A DNA stretch of 64,000 bases, taken from positions 76,131 to 140,130 of the forward strand of contig JBFJCP010000006.1 of the NCBI GenBank assembly GCA_041615815.1, in the 5' to 3' direction. The translations under genes were made by a program, and so were the position numbers. The notes beneath the pieces are model-generated. The model was not told the DNA's origin. It ran no database searches and saw only the letters and a program-made list of their open reading frames with translations. The stretch is from Gemmatimonadales bacterium. Lineage in GTDB: Bacteria; Gemmatimonadota; Gemmatimonadetes; Gemmatimonadales; GWC2-71-9. Below are positions 60,601-64,000 of this stretch, piece after piece; within the stretch, counting starts at the first letter, position 1; every line of letters starts with the position of its first letter.

Positions 60601-60738
60601 GGGTTTACCCCAACCCTGCGGGGTGGAGCGACTTTCAGTTACGTGGTGACGGACCAGCGCCACTTGTCGAGTCGTCTCTCCCAGGTGGTGTTCACGATCT
60701 TCGCCGACGTCAATCTTTTTGCGGGACAACTTCGATGA
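54634..60738 (+). CDS. sprA: Very large outer-membrane protein, SprA/Sov-like (T9SS translocon-like)
   Basis: ~2030 aa with signal LRA|Q. DFDSEREF..NNINVWYQG.DDEILRRVEVG, AQQKG, LVRGRDYEVDYELG, LEFWV, GRLDTE, LNTEDLNGD and WRLYRIP, then a beta-strand-rich C-terminal part. These are motifs I associate with SprA. Alternative start at 54589. Confidence 0.75.
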   Translation: MLRRSLIALAAICLVGPLRAQEDAAPPPRISISLPGDTLAVPRVAALDPGGRLGLWTPPGTIAARWARELWATLAEGRRRRLRTDVLTALTVRDTLPVDTVAPPAIADAPEPATGLDALAQLGDLGLDLSAHLEMNLDQLRNDRCSSVDINNPATGCQSGFPTPSFDQQFRVRSGGVLSDRIYVDVDFDSEREFNANNNINVWYQGLDDEILRRVEVGDVTFRPPPFRFISGSIPANSFGIQAEAQLGPLEFRSIFAQQKGSSLRSRVFTIGETTSQPVDFEARDLDFVTGRFFFVIDPAALPGFPQVDILNIDRVALSSAQQITAVRVYRLRAQDSRLEANRNLGGIDAIATRPDSPQRVGPFSWQLLVEGEDYYLDPSATWFAMANRVDTEDFLAVSYVTAAGDTVGTFPALNGQGDTLVLIHEPRRGPEVPTFRYEMRHVYRLGGGEVVRSSIELSIRVNDAERPLSGAGTYLSLLGLATSTDPFAIDEFNRVWPRPRDPEGGAPVRDLFVVFPHLQPFADSLRLFTGERNDSLYRTPTYLLVTQGPPPRFSLQFHYEASGAGDRTSVSLGAIQVREGSERLFIGNRQLVRGRDYEVDYELGQVRFLSPDSLFFGPTLVQAQFEENQLFDVAPKSIFGAAATYDLGAIGQVHAVGIFQRERTVFTRPQLGFEPQSQFVGGVSTELTFRPAFVTEFLDRLPLVSTNVPSRLEITGEFAVSQPNPNQAGLAFVEEFEREAALLISLVEREFQLGSAPGSGRGVPASHLAAGGTFFPDDAAVLTWQNGVQTPSGILEFGPGDIDSTIVLFGTGFSVEPVLWLSLKPDTVGGAPDARTGLPRWFLPHVPGPRWRSVTRPLGGGSGLGVDLSRTEFLEFWVLEDADRTARQRNAILVFDFGAVFEDAVDFGPERFRVVGSDTVFTGRTPVGMGRLDTEKDTLTNVFNALVDDIGIRSDLLESIVNETTGGIVRDLPLCDLGGSVGLPIFPLGDLRAPCTRRNRRLNTEDLNGDNRLDLTVGTVGEDIVRYVFPVGDDRFFVRNGVTLPGVDGRPVTWRLYRIPFREDTLQIGAPNLRQIQALRLTVVTPDEGPQESEFSVALARMRLVGAPWIKRAPTPIVGLSGSQGEPRGEVVVSTVSTENADLGYTSPPGVLDQADRVGSEFEFGPQQINERSLRLLARDLRVGERAEALRRFTDEADRNFLEYARLRVWARGRGPGWEEGDLEFFVKVGRDENNFYLYRTPVNSTDWLPEIVVDLARWLTLRAQVEAAWLRGEAPSGSGICGGDPEAFVACDGPYAVHVKDPGVAPPNLARVSEVAVGMLRVAQTVVVDPVELWVDDIRLSDVVDDVGIATAVDARLAAADVAEFTFGFSRRDDRFRELGQDPTYIEEGATRFGSLVRLDKFLPESWGLSAPVNVQYVRTSNDPFYISRTDVRASALPALRPPKASATAIEFSVRRVRRGDDFWSRAFLDPLAVRARRVTSENTTSLSSATTRSAQVHVEYSNVPGARTIRGAPGFLRWLVDRLPGFVRSSDFAEALRTARLRWNPAQIRFSSTLTDNQSDRFAFRVPVTLPEDSVLRPLRSIVHTWRNDFGVALQPFSTFTVRANYATTRDLQDYGDSTSVGRLLDGERRRFLGRDVGFERSRVFTTFVSVAPVVSSWLRPRFLFSSRFALFRDPNSRTAVRAAGDSAGAFLVPQTIENGRRREIGSSLDLARLASGLTGDSSALTRLVRGLLPADISHNLERRSSFDRVPFDPSLGYQLGFGGLDDFREQDGIPATATAELESVGGTGGTRLPLGALVRVSYRTSRNTIWSRRAAAQSQVVQRSREWPSLAFSWAYSPGWLIGAVINGVSAQAQYREIKASSRQPVSSAGAGVEEVVIENNSRFLTPSLSLSWIGGITTSIQYSVITGESVTSGNVTESDRVVWGGSTSFGFRPPGSIMRLRSPIQTTVSFNASRLAVCLQRAGGEECTTVSDSRRRQFDVRMDTGFTPTLRGGATFSYVVTDQRHLSSRLSQVVFTIFADVNLFAGQLR

Positions 60739-61619
60739 AGCGAACGCTTGCCGTACTCGTCGGCACCGCCGTAGGCTGTGGGGCTGGCGCCGCCACGCGC
60801 GACTTCGACGGCGAGATCGCACTTCAATACGTTGCGCGACAGATGGAATTCGGTCCGCGCGTGCCGGGCACCGATGCCCACGTGGCCACGGGGGATTGGA
60901 TCCTCAGTATGCTGCAAGAACGAGCGGATACCACGGAGGTCCAGGCATTCACTCATGTAACCGTCGAAGGCGATACGTTGCCGCTACGGAACTTCATCGG
61001 GCGCTTCCGTCCCGAAGCTACGGATCGCGTGCTGTATGTCGCCCATTGGGACACGCGACCCGTGGCGGACCGCAGCGCGAACCTCGCAGATCAACGCCGC
61101 CCAGTTCCAGGTGCCAACGACGGGGCATCCGGAGTCGCGTTACTTCTCGGGGTCGCCGATGCGCTCAAACGCGTTCCCCCGGCCGTGGGTGTGGATCTCC
61201 TGTTCGTGGACGGCGAGGACTACGGCGATTTCGGGATCGGTAAGGACGTCTTGCTCGGATCGCGCCACTACGCCACCACCATCGGTGAGCGCAAACCGCT
61301 GTTCGCGGTGGTGTGGGACATGGTGGGAGACCGCGACCTGCAGATTTTCCAAGAGGGCAATTCGATCTCCGGTGCGCCCGAAGTGGTGGACCGGGTGTGG
61401 CGCCGTGCCCGCGACCTGGGTCACGGTCGGGTCTTCAGAAACGAGGAAGTGTACACGGTCACCGACGACCACATCCCACTGCTCGAAGTCGGCGTGCGAG
61501 CTATTGACGTGATCGACTTGGATTACACCTACTGGCACACGACGGAAGACACACTGGATAAGGTGAGCGCGAGGAGCCTGCAGATCGTCGGCGAGGTAGC
61601 CGTAGCGCTCGTCAGATAG
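60735..61619 (+). CDS. M28-family lipoprotein, glutaminyl cyclase-like
   Basis: Lipobox AVGC; GPRVPGT, AHWDTRP, GANDGASG, DGED, DMVGD, DDHIP, WHTTEDT. ATGA overlap with sprA. Confidence 0.85.
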   Translation: MKRTLAVLVGTAVGCGAGAATRDFDGEIALQYVARQMEFGPRVPGTDAHVATGDWILSMLQERADTTEVQAFTHVTVEGDTLPLRNFIGRFRPEATDRVLYVAHWDTRPVADRSANLADQRRPVPGANDGASGVALLLGVADALKRVPPAVGVDLLFVDGEDYGDFGIGKDVLLGSRHYATTIGERKPLFAVVWDMVGDRDLQIFQEGNSISGAPEVVDRVWRRARDLGHGRVFRNEEVYTVTDDHIPLLEVGVRAIDVIDLDYTYWHTTEDTLDKVSARSLQIVGEVAVALVR

Positions 61620-61696
61620 GGAATACGAGGTGGCGAGCGGTGAGCGGGCCCTCTGAGGCTGTGCACCGTTGCCCGTCGCTCGGTTCGCGTTTTCCC
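61619..61696. repeat. Imperfect long hairpin built from roughly 7-nt degenerate units
   Basis: GGGAATACGAGGTGGCGAGCGGTGAGCGG ... CCGTTGCCCGTCGCTCGGTTCGCGTTTTCCC. Confidence 0.45.
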
Positions 61697-61755
61697 CGCC
61701 CTGCGCAAATGGTTTTGATTCCGCTCTCCCGCAAAACGCACACAATTGTCGCGCC

Positions 61756-62370
61756 ATGCAGGGAAGCGACGAGCGTCGGGCTGCGTACGTCCTGCTGGCC
61801 CTGGCGGCTGCCGGTCTCCTGGTGCGGGCGTTCGTGGGCGGAAGCGTTCCCTCGGGCGAGGTTGGATATCGTGCGGTCCATGGGACGCGGCCGGGGCAGG
61901 ACTCACTGGCTGCCCGGGCGGCGCGGCTTGCCCGTCCGCTCGCCCCGGGCGAGAGTATCGATGTAGATGCGGCTGCGGCAGACGAGCTTGCCCGGCTTCC
62001 GCGCATCGGTCCGGCTCTTGCAACCCGCATCGTTGCCCATCGAGAAGCGCACGGCCCGTTCGGCTCGCTGGACGCGCTGGACGCGGTGCCGGGGTTTGGG
62101 CCGACAACGCTTTCTGGCATTAGGCCTTACGTCAAGTTTTCGGGCCCGTTGCAGGCGCCGCAGGAGGGCGCGGCTCCGGGTGTGAGTTTGAACACAGCAA
62201 CTGCGGAAATGCTGGCTCAGCTTCCGGGGATCGGTCCGACGCGCGCCCAAGCCATCCTTGAGGACCGACGGCGCCGTGGGCCCTACCGGCGGCTCGAAGA
62301 TCTCACCAGGGTTCGGGGGATCGGCCCCGGCACGATCGAGCGCTTGCGCGATCGTGTGCGGGTACCTTGA
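61756..62370 (+). CDS. ComEA-family helix-hairpin-helix DNA-binding protein
   Basis: N-terminal TM; two HhH pairs (LPRIGP/VPGFGP and LPGIGP/VRGIGP). Confidence 0.9.
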   Translation: MQGSDERRAAYVLLALAAAGLLVRAFVGGSVPSGEVGYRAVHGTRPGQDSLAARAARLARPLAPGESIDVDAAAADELARLPRIGPALATRIVAHREAHGPFGSLDALDAVPGFGPTTLSGIRPYVKFSGPLQAPQEGAAPGVSLNTATAEMLAQLPGIGPTRAQAILEDRRRRGPYRRLEDLTRVRGIGPGTIERLRDRVRVP

Positions 62371-62394
62371 CACCCCTATCAGCTCCGGTACTTT
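62367..62394 (+). promoter_or_regulatory. Candidate sigma70 promoter of pilB
   Basis: TTGACA-16-TACTTT. Confidence 0.55.
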
Positions 62395-62455
62395 TGGCGG
62401 TATCATATTGCGTTACAAGCATTTGGAAGACCTCACGAGGGAGGACTGGGGGTAG

Positions 62456-64000
62456 ATGGCAACGGCGGCGGCCAGTGCAGCAGACCGACTTGGCGATTTG
62501 CTCGTCCGAGAAGGTCTGATCACCAAAGAGCAGCTCGACCATGCCCTGCAGGAGCAACGCAACTCGGGGATGCGGCTGGGCTATGTGCTCGTGAAGCTGG
62601 GGTTGGTGCAGGAGACCGAGATCACGAAGATGCTGGCGCGGCAATACCGCATGCCCGCCGTGGATCTCTCGCGGTTCGAGGTCGATCCCAAGATCGCCAA
62701 GCTGGTTCCCCCGGACGTCGCCGTGAAGCACACAGTGCTGCCCCTCAAGCGCGAGGGCCGCACGCTCACGGTGGCGATGGCCGATCCCACCAATGTGACG
62801 GTGGTGGACGACCTCAAGTTCATCACTCGCTACGACATCTTCCCGGTGATCGCCGGTGAGTACACCCTGCGCCACGCGATCGAGCGGTATTACGAACAGA
62901 CGGATGCGCAGCTCCAGACGCTGCTCAAGGACATCGAGGAGGAAGAAGACCTCGAGGTCATTGAAGAGCGGGATGAGGACGAGCCGCTGGGCGCCCAGGG
63001 CGCCGATGACGCCCCGGTGGTCAAGCTCATCAACGGCATCCTCACCGACGCGGTGAAGCGCGGCGCCAGTGACATTCACATTGAGCCGTTCGAGAAGGAG
63101 CTTCGGGTCCGATACCGGGTGGACGGGGCGTTGCAGGAGATCATGAAACCTCCCTCGAAGCTCCGGGCGGCGCTCACGAGCCGTGTCAAGATCATGTCCT
63201 CATTGAACATCGCCGAGCGGCGCGTGCCCCAGGACGGGCGGATCAAGCTGAAGATGGGCCGGCGGGTGATCGATTTCCGTGTTTCCACACTCCCCGTGAT
63301 CTTTGGCGAGAAGATCGTGCTCCGGATCCTGGACAAGGGGAACCTGACTCTCGATCTCCAGAAGTTCGGATTCGAGGTCAAGGCGGAAAAGGACTTGTTG
63401 CGGGCCATTCTGAATCCGTACGGAATGGTCTTGGTGACCGGGCCCACCGGTTCAGGAAAAACGACGACGTTGTACTCCGCTCTTCAGCGCATCAACACGA
63501 ACGAAGTGAACATCATGACCGCTGAGGACCCCGTGGAGTACAACCTGCACGGGATCAACCAGGTGCAGGTCAGGTCCGAGATCGGGATGACCTTCGCCGC
63601 CGCCCTGAGAGCGTTTCTTCGTCAAGATCCCAATATCATCATGGTAGGTGAGATCCGTGACTTGGAGACGGGGAGCATCGCCATCAAGGCGTCGCTCACG
63701 GGACACCTCGTGCTTTCCACCCTCCATACCAACGATGCGTCGTCGACCATCACGCGCATGATCGACATGGGGATCGAGCCCTTCAACGTGGCCAGTGCAG
63801 TGAACCTCATCGTGGCCCAGCGGCTGGTACGGAGGATCTGCACCGATTGCAAGCAGGAACATAAGTATGCCGCCGACGAGCTGACAGCGCTGGGACTCGC
63901 GGAGGAAGATGCCAAGGGGATCACATTTTATCGGGGCGAAGGATGCGATGTTTGTGGTGGCACCGGATACAAGGGTCGGCAGGGTCTCTACGAGGTCATG
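62456..64000 (+). CDS. pilB: Type IV pilus assembly ATPase, 3' end truncated by the window edge
   Basis: Hand-translated and not in the ORF track. MATAAASAADRLGDLLVREG..., ASDIHIEP, AERRVPQDGRI, GPTGSGKTT, EDPVEY, LRQDPNIIMVGEIRD, STLHTND, CTDC/CDVC zinc motif. Confidence 0.95.
   Translation, partial: MATAAASAADRLGDLLVREGLITKEQLDHALQEQRNSGMRLGYVLVKLGLVQETEITKMLARQYRMPAVDLSRFEVDPKIAKLVPPDVAVKHTVLPLKREGRTLTVAMADPTNVTVVDDLKFITRYDIFPVIAGEYTLRHAIERYYEQTDAQLQTLLKDIEEEEDLEVIEERDEDEPLGAQGADDAPVVKLINGILTDAVKRGASDIHIEPFEKELRVRYRVDGALQEIMKPPSKLRAALTSRVKIMSSLNIAERRVPQDGRIKLKMGRRVIDFRVSTLPVIFGEKIVLRILDKGNLTLDLQKFGFEVKAEKDLLRAILNPYGMVLVTGPTGSGKTTTLYSALQRINTNEVNIMTAEDPVEYNLHGINQVQVRSEIGMTFAAALRAFLRQDPNIIMVGEIRDLETGSIAIKASLTGHLVLSTLHTNDASSTITRMIDMGIEPFNVASAVNLIVAQRLVRRICTDCKQEHKYAADELTALGLAEEDAKGITFYRGEGCDVCGGTGYKGRQGLYEVM

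Noticed and set aside
62303..63924. Minus-strand ORFs over the last 1.6 kb
   Set aside because: These are shadows of pilB on the plus strand.
1..64000. Prophage, IS, integron, defence island, tRNA or rRNA
   Set aside because: No integrase, transposase, phage, defence or structural RNA signatures were recognised, and composition looks uniform by eye.

Overview
GC-rich bacterial chromosome segment, densely coding, with about 60 CDS. The gene style (ECF/zf-HC2/DUF4097 trio, kinase-only Ser/Thr kinase, Oar-like TonB receptor, SprA-like protein next to lptFG) suggests Gemmatimonadota or a related FCB-group lineage; this is an inference. Core content includes sdhCAB, two ECF sigma/anti-sigma pairs, a two-component system, putP with an ornithine cyclodeaminase-family gene, several peptidases, dsbA-VKOR, acs, csp, ccmABCD-hemC-hemB, ctaA, nadC, lptFG, comEA and pilB. 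I saw no rRNA, tRNA, CRISPR array or mobile element. Three things stand out. (1) A tightly coupled minus-strand operon (ECF sigma, Zn anti-sigma, DUF92, FAD oxidoreductase, flavin reductase, methyltransferase, SRPBCC cyclase, lone FabF-type ketosynthase, aquaporin) looks like an orphan aromatic-polyketide or quinone pathway with no ACP or chain-length factor. (2) A ~2030-aa SprA-like (type IX secretion translocon-like) gene is coupled to a glutaminyl-cyclase-like lipoprotein, and most exported proteins in the window start with Gln after the signal peptide. (3) Four ORFs are absent from the supplied track: a 29-aa membrane peptide coupled to putP, ccmD, and two edge-truncated genes. All family calls come from motif recognition by eye; no searches were run.
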